37,461 bases of DNA, taken from the NCBI GenBank assembly GCA_964406325.1, contig CAYORE010000018.1, forward strand, positions 1 to 37,461, in the 5' to 3' direction. Position 1 is the first letter of the stretch. Each line of letters opens with the position of its first letter. A program made the position numbers and the translations under genes. This DNA comes from an uncultured Bdellovibrionales bacterium (lineage in GTDB: Bacteria; Patescibacteriota; Minisyncoccia; Moranbacterales; DUUL01). The notes below the pieces were generated by a model. That model had not been told where the DNA came from, made no database searches, and saw only the letters and a program-made list of their open reading frames with translations. Positions 26,032 to 35,343 of the stretch are shown one piece after another.

Positions 26032-27342
26032 ATGAAAACAAAAAAAACTTATTCCCTGACAATGGGGAAATTATTGGGAGTTATTTTAATATCCTTAATT
26101 ATCGGAGGGAGCTTGTTTTACTCCGGTACTCAAGCGGTCACTTGGTGTTCTGCCAAATATAAGGCCTACACGGAAAAGTTGAGCAAGAAAGAGAAAAAGT
26201 TTAATTGGCGTAATTTTAGTTTGCGAGAATTATTACAGACCAAACCCCAACAAAATGTCCAACCGGTAAAAGTGGTCTCGGAGCAGTCACAGGTAATTGA
26301 AGTTGTAAAAAAAGCATCACCGGCCGTAGTGAGCATTGTCGCTTCCGCCGAAGTTCCAAAATTTGAAACTTATTACGAAGACCCTTTTGGTGATTTACCC
26401 GGCGGTTTTGGGGATTTCTTTAACTTTCGCGTTCCTCAACGGCGACAAAATGGCACCGAAGAAGTAAAGATAGGTGCCGGTACCGGCTTTTTGGTTTCCG
26501 CCGATGGTTACATCGTTACTAACGGGCATGTGGTTAGTGATAAAAATGCCAAGTATGTTGTTTATCTAAATACGGAAGATAGTCGAGGAGAAAAAATTGA
26601 AGCTAAGGTTTTAGCTCGAGATCCAAATACCGACTTAGCAATTTTAAAAATAGATAGAGATAATTTACCTTATCTGCAATTTAGTGACTCCGGCAAATTA
26701 CAGGTTGGACAAACAGCTATTACTATCGGATATGCTTTGGGAGAATTTGATAATACGGTAAGTAAAGGGGTTGTCTCCGGACTATCCAGAACCATAACCG
26801 CCGGAGGATGGGGGATGCGTTCCGAAAAATTAAAAAATTTAATTCAGACTGATGCCGCCATTAATCCGGGAAATTCCGGCGGACCAATGTTGGATATAGA
26901 AGGAAATGTTATCGGCGTAAATGTGGCAATGGCCAACGCGGAAAATATCGGTTTTGCCATTCCCGGCAATGACGCCAAGCGGGCATTTGAGGAGGTCAAG
27001 CAAAATGGAAAGATAGCCAAAATTAAGAAGGCCTTTTTGGGCGTACGATATATTCCCATAGATAAAGAAATGCAAAAAAAGAACAATCTCCCTTATGATT
27101 ATGGAGCTTTGATTATTCGGGGAGAAAAGATGAGTGATTTAGCTGTTACACCCGGTTCTCCGGCGGACAAAGCCGGTTTAGTGGAGAATGATATTATTTT
27201 AGAAGTTAACGGTAAGAGAGTTAATTCCAGAAATCAACTGGCTGACTTAATCTCCAAGTATAAAGCCGGTGATAAAATTAAATTAAAAATCTATCACAAG
27301 GGCAAAGAAAAAGAGGTAGAGGTTCAATTGGGGGATATTTAA
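26032..27342 (+). CDS. HtrA/DegP-family trypsin-like serine protease with a C-terminal PDZ domain, membrane-anchored
   Basis: 436 aa with an N-terminal TM. Catalytic His (TNGHVV), Asp (DLAILK) and Ser (GNSGGPM). PDZ-like GSPADKAGLVENDIILEVNG. Confidence 0.9.
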   Translation: MKTKKTYSLTMGKLLGVILISLIIGGSLFYSGTQAVTWCSAKYKAYTEKLSKKEKKFNWRNFSLRELLQTKPQQNVQPVKVVSEQSQVIEVVKKASPAVVSIVASAEVPKFETYYEDPFGDLPGGFGDFFNFRVPQRRQNGTEEVKIGAGTGFLVSADGYIVTNGHVVSDKNAKYVVYLNTEDSRGEKIEAKVLARDPNTDLAILKIDRDNLPYLQFSDSGKLQVGQTAITIGYALGEFDNTVSKGVVSGLSRTITAGGWGMRSEKLKNLIQTDAAINPGNSGGPMLDIEGNVIGVNVAMANAENIGFAIPGNDAKRAFEEVKQNGKIAKIKKAFLGVRYIPIDKEMQKKNNLPYDYGALIIRGEKMSDLAVTPGSPADKAGLVENDIILEVNGKRVNSRNQLADLISKYKAGDKIKLKIYHKGKEKEVEVQLGDI

Positions 27343-27380
27343 GGAGAATTATTGCTCGTAAATAAAATTTTTAACCACAA

Positions 27381-27404
27381 AATAACCGCCGGCCGGCGGT
27401 TATT
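27381..27404. terminator. Bidirectional GC-rich hairpin between convergent htrA-like and vanW-like genes
   Basis: Perfect 24-nt palindrome aataaccgccgg/ccggcggttatt. Confidence 0.6.
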
Positions 27405-27451
27405 AATTTGCTTATTAATAATCAATAACAAGTAAACACTTCATCAATCAA

Positions 27452-28879
27452 TTACATCCCATGTTCTCTTTTGTATCTTTTCCATTCCTTTCCGGACCAA
27501 TCTTTCGGTTTAGAAGTTAAAATTTCCGGCTGATGATCATGGAAACTGGCGGCGTTTTGATAAAAACTCCAAAAACCGTTTTTGGCAAGTTGATTACCAT
27601 CTTTATCTTTAATAATTTGGTAGTAAACATATTTCTTTCCACCATCCGGAGTGCGTTTTAGGAGTATTGGACCTTCAGTTTCCACTTGTCGGCCATCGGA
27701 AGTTCCGAAAATATCAAAAGATAAAATTGTTCCCTGAAAATAAGGTTGAATTAAAATGTAGCCGGGAGTATCGTTGATAAATTGCAAATCCGGTTTAGGG
27801 ATATAAACGGTAGCATCAGTTCCTTGGGGAGCGTAGTATTGGACGGGATAAGCATGATTTCTTCGTTCGGTTATTTTTAAGCCGGTATTTACCGCCGCTC
27901 GAAACAAGGTGGTGGAAACTTGACAAACACCTCCCCCAAATTCCGGGATGGTTTTGTGGTTTTTAATCACCAATTCCTCTTTGTATCCCGTTGAAGCATC
28001 AACCGGACCAAGATTTTTAACGAAAGAAAAAGTTTCTCCCGGAGGTACAACCACTCCTTCAAACTTACCGGCGGCATTATGAATATTGTGAATTCTATTT
28101 TTCGGCGAACCTCTAAAGTTCGATTCCCCGTGTCCGATTTTTTTTCTAATTCCCATTTCCCGATAATTTTGACTGGTTATGAGAGGGGGGATAATTTTTA
28201 GAGGAAGTTTCATTGTTTTATTTTCGCCCAGTTTGTTAAAATAATTTAAAGAATTTTCTACAATATTATCAATATCCAACTCATAACCATAAACTTCCTT
28301 AGTAGTTACTAAAATATTTCCATTTTCATCGGCCTTAAGACGAACATTTGACGGCTTTCTTTTAACGGTTTCATTTAAGTCCGTTAAATACTTTTTTAAC
28401 TTGTTTTTGTTAATTTCAAAAATCGTTTTTCGTTTAATTGCCAATTTCTTGTCGGAGGTTGTCGTTAGATGACAATAAACAAAATCAGATAAAATATCTT
28501 TTCGGTTGCAAATGTTGATATTTTCTATCTCCGGACGATGGGTTTGGTTGGGAGAATACTCCAGAATTGTTTTTTTACTTGAAAAAACATTTATTTCAAT
28601 CGGAATAATTTCATCTTTCACTTTGGCAAAATATTCCGAGTTTTCACCTTCCGAAGAAGTGACTTCTTCCGCCAAAACGGTAGTGGCGGTAATATTTTCT
28701 TTATTTTTAATATCAGCCTTATTTTCATTGAATTGTTGCTGGGTAATTTTTGGTGAAGACAAAATCTCAGTAGTTGCCTTAGCGGGGTGGACATTTGTCA
28801 GCAAAAAACAACAACTTGTTAACATAAACAAGCCGGCTGTTGTTGTGAAAAAACAATTGTTGTAAAATGCGTTGTTCAT
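27452..28879 (-). CDS. VanW-domain protein, N-terminally anchored
   Basis: 475 aa. The motif GGGVCQVSTTLFRAAVNTGL...ERRNHAYPV is characteristic of the VanW family. Confidence 0.8.
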   Translation of the reverse strand: MNNAFYNNCFFTTTAGLFMLTSCCFLLTNVHPAKATTEILSSPKITQQQFNENKADIKNKENITATTVLAEEVTSSEGENSEYFAKVKDEIIPIEINVFSSKKTILEYSPNQTHRPEIENINICNRKDILSDFVYCHLTTTSDKKLAIKRKTIFEINKNKLKKYLTDLNETVKRKPSNVRLKADENGNILVTTKEVYGYELDIDNIVENSLNYFNKLGENKTMKLPLKIIPPLITSQNYREMGIRKKIGHGESNFRGSPKNRIHNIHNAAGKFEGVVVPPGETFSFVKNLGPVDASTGYKEELVIKNHKTIPEFGGGVCQVSTTLFRAAVNTGLKITERRNHAYPVQYYAPQGTDATVYIPKPDLQFINDTPGYILIQPYFQGTILSFDIFGTSDGRQVETEGPILLKRTPDGGKKYVYYQIIKDKDGNQLAKNGFWSFYQNAASFHDHQPEILTSKPKDWSGKEWKRYKREHGM

Positions 28880-29073
28880 TTACACCTTCTAATTATTTTA
28901 TTTAAAAATAATCCCTTAAGGTAAAAAAATCTAAAAAGACCATTTTCAAGCTTTATTTTTGATTAATTTTTTCTCTTATTTGTAAACTGGATTAGCAACT
29001 TCACAGTAAGACCGGTTTGTAAATTTTCCCCAACCGGTAAATATCGGTCTTGACTTTATTAATCTTACAGACT

Positions 29074-29135
29074 CTTGACCGGCGAATGCTCGGTCTTGAC
29101 CGGCGAATGCTCGGTCTTGACCGGCGAATGTCGGT
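29074..29135. repeat. 21-bp tandem repeat, 3 units (the last lacks one base), in the intergenic region downstream of hsp20 and upstream of the vanW-like gene
   Basis: cttgaccggcgaatgctcggt at 29074-29094 and 29095-29115. cttgaccggcgaatgtcggt at 29116-29135. A partial cggtcttgact lies at 29045-29055. Confidence 0.9.
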
Positions 29136-29250
29136 TTTAACCGCAAACATAAACCGCCGATTGTTGATTACTGATTGTTAATTATCAACTACTGAAAATG
29201 CAGAATTTGGAAGTAGTACCGAAACACCACTTTCCAACAAAACCTTTCAA

Positions 29251-29275
29251 AAACCTGCCAAAAGAGGGCAGGTTT
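29251..29275 (-). terminator. Intrinsic terminator of the hsp20 gene
   Basis: 9-bp stem aaacctgcc/ggcaggttt with a 7-nt loop. On the minus strand it is followed by a T-run, about 30 nt past the hsp20 stop. Confidence 0.65.
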
Positions 29276-29304
29276 AGGTTTGAAATAAAATAACACCTGT
29301 ACTT

Positions 29305-29946
29305 CTAAAATCCTCTTACTTGAATTTTTCTGGTTTTAGTTGTGTCTGCCTTGGGAAGTTTTAATGTCAATATCCCATTCTTCATAATGGCCTCTGCCTT
29401 GTCGGCTACAATTTCCACCGGTAAGATAACACTTCTGGAAAATGGTCCCCAATAACATTCTTGATAATAATAATTTTCCGGAGAAATTTCTTCATCTTGT
29501 TTTCTCTCTCCGCGAATTGTAATCATATCATTATTTATACTAACATCCAAATCCTCCGGTTTTACTCCGGCAATGGTTGATTTAATCACTACTTCATCAT
29601 CGGTTTGGTAAACATCTATTGTCAGTTGTCCTTCCGGATCATCATTTTCCGGTTCCGGTGTCGTTCTTTCCGTTTGCTCTTCAGTTGCCGTTGGGGCTGT
29701 TACTTGCCCGCTACCAGCCGGTTGTCTTTCCATACTCTCTTCATAGGTTGGTTGACTTGGCAACTCATAGGCCTCATCATTAATTTCAAAAGAAGTTGGT
29801 GCGAAGGTCTGATTGTTGTTTGGCGAATCAGTATTTTCAGTTATACTTGTTCCTTCCGCATTAATAACAAATTCCTCCTCATTATTTTCATTAACCCTTT
29901 TAATTCCGGTTAATTTTTCAAAAAAAGATTTTTTTTGTTGTGTCAT
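29305..29946 (-). CDS. Hsp20/alpha-crystallin small heat-shock protein with a low-complexity N-terminal region of about 105 aa
   Basis: 213 aa. The C-terminal alpha-crystallin domain reads LTIDVYQTDDEVVIKSTIAGVKPEDLDVSINNDMITIRGERK...FSRSVILPVEIVADKAEAIMKNGILTLKLPK. Confidence 0.85.
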   Translation of the reverse strand: MTQQKKSFFEKLTGIKRVNENNEEEFVINAEGTSITENTDSPNNNQTFAPTSFEINDEAYELPSQPTYEESMERQPAGSGQVTAPTATEEQTERTTPEPENDDPEGQLTIDVYQTDDEVVIKSTIAGVKPEDLDVSINNDMITIRGERKQDEEISPENYYYQECYWGPFSRSVILPVEIVADKAEAIMKNGILTLKLPKADTTKTRKIQVRGF

Positions 29947-30080
29947 TTTTGTAATTTATTATTTATTATATTTTTCCATTAAAATAATTATGCAAAGAAT
30001 TTATCTTCATTTTTGAAGAATGGGAGTTTTTGTTTAATCAATACCTTGCCGACAGTCAAACTATCCGCCGGATAAAAGGA

Positions 30081-30530
30081 TTAAATGAAACTACCCACAA
30101 CTAAATTGTAACATAAATGAATAAAAAATGCCAATAGGGAGAGGAAAATAATTATTGTTGATAACTTTTTTCCATCCCGGTAAAATTTGGCGGAAAAACC
30201 GAGTAAAAGGGAAGTGAAAATGTGAATGAGAGTGGTATTCAGAAAAGAATAATTCAACATTTGACTGTTATTCAACAGCACCAAGATAAATTCAAAAAAA
30301 CTAAACCCCAAAGCAAAAGACATGGCCAACAAAACAGTATTTTTTAAACCGGTATTGTTTTGTTGGGAAAATAAAAAAAACAAAACTGATAATTTTAAAA
30401 ATTCCTCTATGAAAGTATCTAAAAACAACGCGGTATTTTTCGAAAAAAAATCCGGTAGAAAAATTAAGATAATTAAAGAAATAAGGGCGGTTCCAAAACC
30501 ACCGGCAAAAAAATTAAGCCAGTCCTTCAA
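30081..30530 (-). CDS. Multi-pass membrane protein, possibly a PrsW-like intramembrane protease (tentative)
   Basis: 149 aa, 4-5 TM helices. EEFLK (an E-E-x-x-K-like motif) and HLCYN (an H-x-x-x-N-like motif) resemble PrsW-family motifs. It overlaps the valS 3' end by 17 nt. Confidence 0.4.
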   Translation of the reverse strand: MKDWLNFFAGGFGTALISLIILIFLPDFFSKNTALFLDTFIEEFLKLSVLFFLFSQQNNTGLKNTVLLAMSFALGFSFFEFILVLLNNSQMLNYSFLNTTLIHIFTSLLLGFSAKFYRDGKKLSTIIIFLSLLAFFIHLCYNLVVGSFI

Positions 30531-33165
30531 GATATTTTTTTAAATTTTTTAATTTATTTTTTTGTGAAGATAATTTTTTCTTTTCTTTCTCCACAATTTC
30601 TTTGGGAGCATTGGCAACAAATCCTTGATTGGACAATTTTCGTTGCAATGTTTGAATAAATTGCTCCGTTTCAGTTATTTTCTTTCGTGTTTTTTTCACT
30701 TCCTCTTCCAAATTTATAATATCTTCCAAAGGAATGTATATTTCCACTCCTTCAATTATCTCATAATAAGAGTGAGGAATTTTCTCGCCATCCTTTTGAA
30801 TGGTCAATTCTTCAATATTTGTCCCCAGTTCGGCAATTAATTTTTTTTCGTTTTCCATAAGTGTCGTTTGGTGATGACCGTAAATTATCGTCTTAATTTT
30901 TTGATTCGGCTTAATTCCGTATTGAGAGCGAGCATTGCGGATGGCGCCAATTATTTGTTTTAACAAGGCAAATTCTTCCCCTACGATATTTTGTTGGTCG
31001 GCTTTGTCCGCCTTTGGCCAACTTTGAATCATTAACAAATTCTCTGAAAAAAGTTCTTGCCAAATTTTTTCCGTTACAAAAGGAATAAAGGGGTGCCATA
31101 ATTTTAACAAATCACCCAAGACTTTTTTAAGAATAATTTCTTTTTCCTCTTTATTTTTTTCTATTTTACTGATTTCCAAATACCAATCGGCCAATTCATT
31201 CCAAGTAAATTCTTTTAATTTTTCACCCGCTTCAGAAAAGCGATATTTTTTTATATCTTCGTCAACTTCCTGAATTAGTTGATTTGTTTTTAGTAAAATC
31301 CACCTGTCCGCCAGGGTTAAATTCTCTTTCTTTAATTCTTTCCCCCTGGAAAGTTCGCTGATTTGATAACCGGTTTCTATAAATCGAGCAATGTTCCATA
31401 ATTTATTAATCAGATTTCGCATTCCGGAAATTTTTTCTTCTCCGATTCGCAGATTATTCCCGGGAGTATTCCCAATCAACAAAGAAAGACGAACGGCATC
31501 TGTTCCGAATTGAGCGATAACATCCATCGGATCAATTCCGTTACCCTTAGACTTACTCATTTTTTTACCGTGTTCGTCTAAAACCATTCCGTGTAAATAA
31601 ACATCCTCAAAAGGAATTTCGCCTACGGCAAAAAGACTCATCATAATCATTCGGGAAACCCAAAGGGTCAAAATTTCATAACCCGTTTCCAGTACCTGAG
31701 TTGGATGAAACTTTTTCAAATCTCCGAGTTTTTTGCCATCTTGAAAATTATCCGGCCAGCCCAAAGTGGAAAAAGTCCACATTCCCGAAGAAAACCAAGT
31801 ATCCAAAACATCCGGATCTTGCGTCCAATTTTCCTCATCAGTCGGCGGTTCAGTGTCAACATAAATCTCATCATTTTTATACCAAACGGGAATGCGATGT
31901 CCAAACCAAATTTGTCTGGAAATGCACCAGTCATGTAAATTCTCCATCCAATCTATATATCTTTTTTCAAAGCGATTGGGAATAAAAGAGATTTCTTTTT
32001 TTCTGGCGACGTCAATGGCTTTTTCTTTTAGTGATTTATTATTTAAGCGTTCTATTTTTTTATTAACACTGACGAACCATTGTTTGGAGGGTAGGGGTTC
32101 AATCGGAGTGTCACAGCGATAACAAACCGATAAAGCATTATCAATTTCCTCCTCTTTTTCCAGAAGCTTATTCTCTTTCAGTTTTTGAACAATCGCTTTG
32201 CGAGCTTCTTGGACGGTTAGTCCGGAAAATTCTCCGAATCCTTGATTTATTTTGCCGTCTTCGTTGATAACTTTTTTGATTTCCAAATCGTTCTCCTCCG
32301 CCATTTTCCAGTCGGTCATAGAGTGGGCCGGGGTAACACCCAAAGCTCCCGTTCCAAAATCCATATCCACTCCTCGGTCGGCAATTATTTTTATTTTCAA
32401 GGGAACGCCGCAAAATTCACCGGAAAATTCTTGACCGATAAATTTTTTATAGCGAGCGTCTTTTGGATTAACCGCTACCGCCGTATCTCCCAGTTTTGTT
32501 TCCGGACGAGTGGTGGAAATGGCAACAGGGAAATCCTTCCAATATTTAAAAGTATAAAAACCGGCCTTTTGATCACTGTGCTCTACTTCATCATCAGCTA
32601 AAGTGGAGTGACAGCGAGGACACCAATTGACAATTCTTTCCCCTCGATAAATTACTCCCGCCTTATACATATCCACAAACATTTGTGTAACCGCTTTTTG
32701 TCGTTGTTCGTCCAGAGTAAAGGCCTCTCGCGACCAATCCAGACTGGCACCCATTTTGCGGGTTTGCTTTAAAATGGTGGCTTGAGTTTTTTCTAAAAAC
32801 TCCCAGACTTTTTCCAAGAATTTTTCCCGTCCCAAATCATGACGAGTTTTGCCTTCCGTATTTTTTAAATTTTTTTCCACCACATTTTGAGTGGCAATAG
32901 CTGCGTGATCGGTACCGGGAATCCATAGAGTTCGGTAGCCCTTCATTCGGTGGTAACGAATTAATAAATCTTCAATAGCCAACATGGAAGAATGTCCCAG
33001 ATGTAATTTGTCAGTAATGTTCGGCGGTGGAAGAACAATGGTATAAGTTGGCGCTTCTTTTGGTAAATCCAATTTGTCCGGATTGAAATAGCCGGACTCT
33101 TCCCATTTGGTGTAAATATCAGCTTCATAATTTTGTGGTTCGTAGGCCTTGGGTAATTTCTTCAT
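30514..33165 (-). CDS. valS: Valine--tRNA ligase
   Basis: 883 aa with the class I HIGH-type motif (DKLHLGHS), KMSKS, a CP1 editing domain and a C-terminal coiled-coil. Confidence 0.95.
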   Translation of the reverse strand: MKKLPKAYEPQNYEADIYTKWEESGYFNPDKLDLPKEAPTYTIVLPPPNITDKLHLGHSSMLAIEDLLIRYHRMKGYRTLWIPGTDHAAIATQNVVEKNLKNTEGKTRHDLGREKFLEKVWEFLEKTQATILKQTRKMGASLDWSREAFTLDEQRQKAVTQMFVDMYKAGVIYRGERIVNWCPRCHSTLADDEVEHSDQKAGFYTFKYWKDFPVAISTTRPETKLGDTAVAVNPKDARYKKFIGQEFSGEFCGVPLKIKIIADRGVDMDFGTGALGVTPAHSMTDWKMAEENDLEIKKVINEDGKINQGFGEFSGLTVQEARKAIVQKLKENKLLEKEEEIDNALSVCYRCDTPIEPLPSKQWFVSVNKKIERLNNKSLKEKAIDVARKKEISFIPNRFEKRYIDWMENLHDWCISRQIWFGHRIPVWYKNDEIYVDTEPPTDEENWTQDPDVLDTWFSSGMWTFSTLGWPDNFQDGKKLGDLKKFHPTQVLETGYEILTLWVSRMIMMSLFAVGEIPFEDVYLHGMVLDEHGKKMSKSKGNGIDPMDVIAQFGTDAVRLSLLIGNTPGNNLRIGEEKISGMRNLINKLWNIARFIETGYQISELSRGKELKKENLTLADRWILLKTNQLIQEVDEDIKKYRFSEAGEKLKEFTWNELADWYLEISKIEKNKEEKEIILKKVLGDLLKLWHPFIPFVTEKIWQELFSENLLMIQSWPKADKADQQNIVGEEFALLKQIIGAIRNARSQYGIKPNQKIKTIIYGHHQTTLMENEKKLIAELGTNIEELTIQKDGEKIPHSYYEIIEGVEIYIPLEDIINLEEEVKKTRKKITETEQFIQTLQRKLSNQGFVANAPKEIVEKEKKKLSSQKNKLKNLKKYLEGLA

Positions 33166-33318
33166 AATTCTAAAATAAGTTTATTGTCCAATAAAAAAGA
33201 AAATTTAAAAATAATCAACCGACTGGTGATATTTATTATGCTAACACATTGAAATTTTTTTTCAACAGCTCCAAATTGAAAACAACGGAGCTTGGAAGTA
33301 ACTTCTGAAAGCGGTCCT

Positions 33319-34725
33319 TTAAGATAATTCCCTGATTAAATAGCGGACATTTTTCAAAAGACCTTCAAAATGATATTTTGGAGAGTCAATTTTTTTGGTT
33401 TTGGGAACGGTAGCTAAGGCCAAAGCCAGCCAAAAAATCAATTGTCCCTGGGGTAATGTCCAAAAATAATGATCAAAAAAGGCAATTAAAAGGAGGGATA
33501 GAAAAAATAAATTCAAAGGATAATCCGCCAAGGAACGGAGATTTATCTTTTTTACAAGGTAGAAGACGATAGTTGCCAGAAATGATATTAATCCAAGTAG
33601 TCCGGTTTCCGCAGCGATAAGCAAGTATAAATTGTGCACCGGTTGCAATTCCCAAGGTCGTTGTCCGTAATCTGTTATTTTGGAAGAGGCGGAGGTAAAT
33701 TTGCCCAAGCCGACGCCGAATAAAGGGTGTTGACAAATAATTGTTTGAGCATTCTTTTGATATTCTTGTCTCAGTTGCCAGGAATTATCTCCGGCACACC
33801 GTAAACAAAGACGCGGAGTTAATAAATTGTATGTAACAAATACCGTTCCGAAGACCAGTAAAATAGCCAAAGTGGTTTGCAAAAAGAAAGGAATATGCAA
33901 CTTGCGACAATAATTTTTGTAAGTGGCATTAATCCATCGTCTTTGCTTAAAGGCAAAGATGAGCAACACCAGTCCGGTTAAAGTAATGGTTGTGCGAGAA
34001 TAGGTTAAAATAATTCCCAATAAAATTAAAAGAAGTTCCAGGTAAAAAATAAATCGGTATCGGGGGCGAATGTTTTTAAAGAGTCCCTTTTTAGCCAACA
34101 ATAAACTAAGTCCGGCAGACAGGGAGAATAGTAAAAAAATCCCCAAAACATTCGGGTGGGGGAAAGTGCCGTAAGCACGAATATACTTTTCTCCTTCAAA
34201 ACTAAATTTGGCGACACCAAGAATGTTTTTTCCAATCACACTTTCTCCCAACCAACCGAAACCAATAGATTTTTGAGTAATAAATTGAACCAAAGCGATT
34301 ATTGCTTGCAGGACTCCGTCAATAAATAGAATAAATCTGGCATAGGTAAGTACGGTGTATTGTTTTAGTAAATCCTGAGCGATTAGGAATAAAGAAATGG
34401 CACTCAATAATCTAAATAAATTATACCAATCCACAAAAGAATTTTTTGTAGTCCAGAAGGAGAGGATTACAAAAATAATGAAATAAAAGAGGGGGTGTTT
34501 AATTATTTTGCCAAGAAGAACCTTATTGAATTTTTTTCGATAGACCCAAAGGGATATAAGCAACAGTAAAATATTAAAAATATCAAAGAGAAAAAAAGAA
34601 ACTTCAAGTTGTCCCTTGAAGCTTTGAATATGTTTAATGTTGGAAAAATTGAATATATACCGAGAGTTGAATGGCAACAGAAAGAAAATTAAATATAGTA
34701 AAATAACCTGAATCTTTTTGAGCAT
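33319..34725 (-). CDS. O-antigen ligase (Wzy_C) family polytopic membrane protein
   Basis: 468 aa with more than 10 TM helices. It has a periplasmic-loop motif PHPNVLG and VHNLYLLIAAETGLLGLISFL, typical of O-antigen ligase-like proteins. Confidence 0.7.
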   Translation of the reverse strand: MLKKIQVILLYLIFFLLPFNSRYIFNFSNIKHIQSFKGQLEVSFFLFDIFNILLLLISLWVYRKKFNKVLLGKIIKHPLFYFIIFVILSFWTTKNSFVDWYNLFRLLSAISLFLIAQDLLKQYTVLTYARFILFIDGVLQAIIALVQFITQKSIGFGWLGESVIGKNILGVAKFSFEGEKYIRAYGTFPHPNVLGIFLLFSLSAGLSLLLAKKGLFKNIRPRYRFIFYLELLLILLGIILTYSRTTITLTGLVLLIFAFKQRRWINATYKNYCRKLHIPFFLQTTLAILLVFGTVFVTYNLLTPRLCLRCAGDNSWQLRQEYQKNAQTIICQHPLFGVGLGKFTSASSKITDYGQRPWELQPVHNLYLLIAAETGLLGLISFLATIVFYLVKKINLRSLADYPLNLFFLSLLLIAFFDHYFWTLPQGQLIFWLALALATVPKTKKIDSPKYHFEGLLKNVRYLIRELS

Positions 34726-34748
34726 AGATTAATTTAAATGGTTAGAAT

Positions 34749-35090
34749 TTAAAATCTTCTAAGAAACAAAGATATTCCGACAATTCCCAATCCGACAAAA
34801 ACAGATATAATCAAAGCTTTATCCGGAGAGAAAAAGTTGCGTAAGTCAAAGAAGGAAATTACAATCGCAACTATCACAAAAGAAACAAAGATAAAAAACA
34901 TTTGGTAGATGGGAACATATCTTTCTTCTCGGGGAGGAATAATTAACGGCAGACAAACACTGCTAACAATAATCAAGGCAAAAAACCACAGGGTGAAATG
35001 CAACCCATCCGTTTGTAGTAATTGAAAAACGGTAATCATCGCCGTTAAAACAATTGGCAGAATAAAGAAAATCCTTAGAGGAGATTTCAT
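34749..35090 (-). CDS. Small hypothetical membrane protein (4 TM)
   Basis: 113-aa hydrophobic ORF immediately upstream of, and co-oriented with, the Wzy_C-like gene. Confidence 0.5.
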   Translation of the reverse strand: MKSPLRIFFILPIVLTAMITVFQLLQTDGLHFTLWFFALIIVSSVCLPLIIPPREERYVPIYQMFFIFVSFVIVAIVISFFDLRNFFSPDKALIISVFVGLGIVGISLFLRRF

Positions 35091-35230
35091 TGGTAAATAT
35101 AACTTAATGATAAATCGAGCAACCGAGAATTAAGAGTGATTTTATAATCTCCTTAAATACTCGAACATTTTTTATCGTCTAAAGTGTAGCACATTATTTT
35201 AGATTTTACCAGAGGGAAACGGTAAAAAAA

Positions 35231-35258
35231 TTGACTGTAAAAAAATAGGGAGTATAAT
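35231..35258 (+). promoter_or_regulatory. Sigma70-like promoter for the beta-helix protein gene
   Basis: TTGACT (35231-35236), a 16-nt spacer, then TATAAT (35253-35258). Confidence 0.55.
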
Positions 35259-35343
35259 GAAAATATCGGATGATTTACCAATTTTATAATTGTCTAAAAA
35301 TAATTTTACCTAAATTATTTCCTAAAATTTTAAACTATCCTTA

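Noticed and set aside
29074-29135. Possible CRISPR array
   Set aside because: The 21-bp units are directly adjacent with no spacers, there are only three copies, and no cas genes are present.
31701-32601. Cluster of 60-119 aa ORFs on both strands
   Set aside because: All are embedded in or antisense to valS. None has independent support.
33166-33318. T-box leader upstream of valS
   Set aside because: The spacer is only about 150 nt. It lacks the conserved T-box sequence (AAnnnGGGTGGTACCGCG-like) and a specifier-loop architecture.
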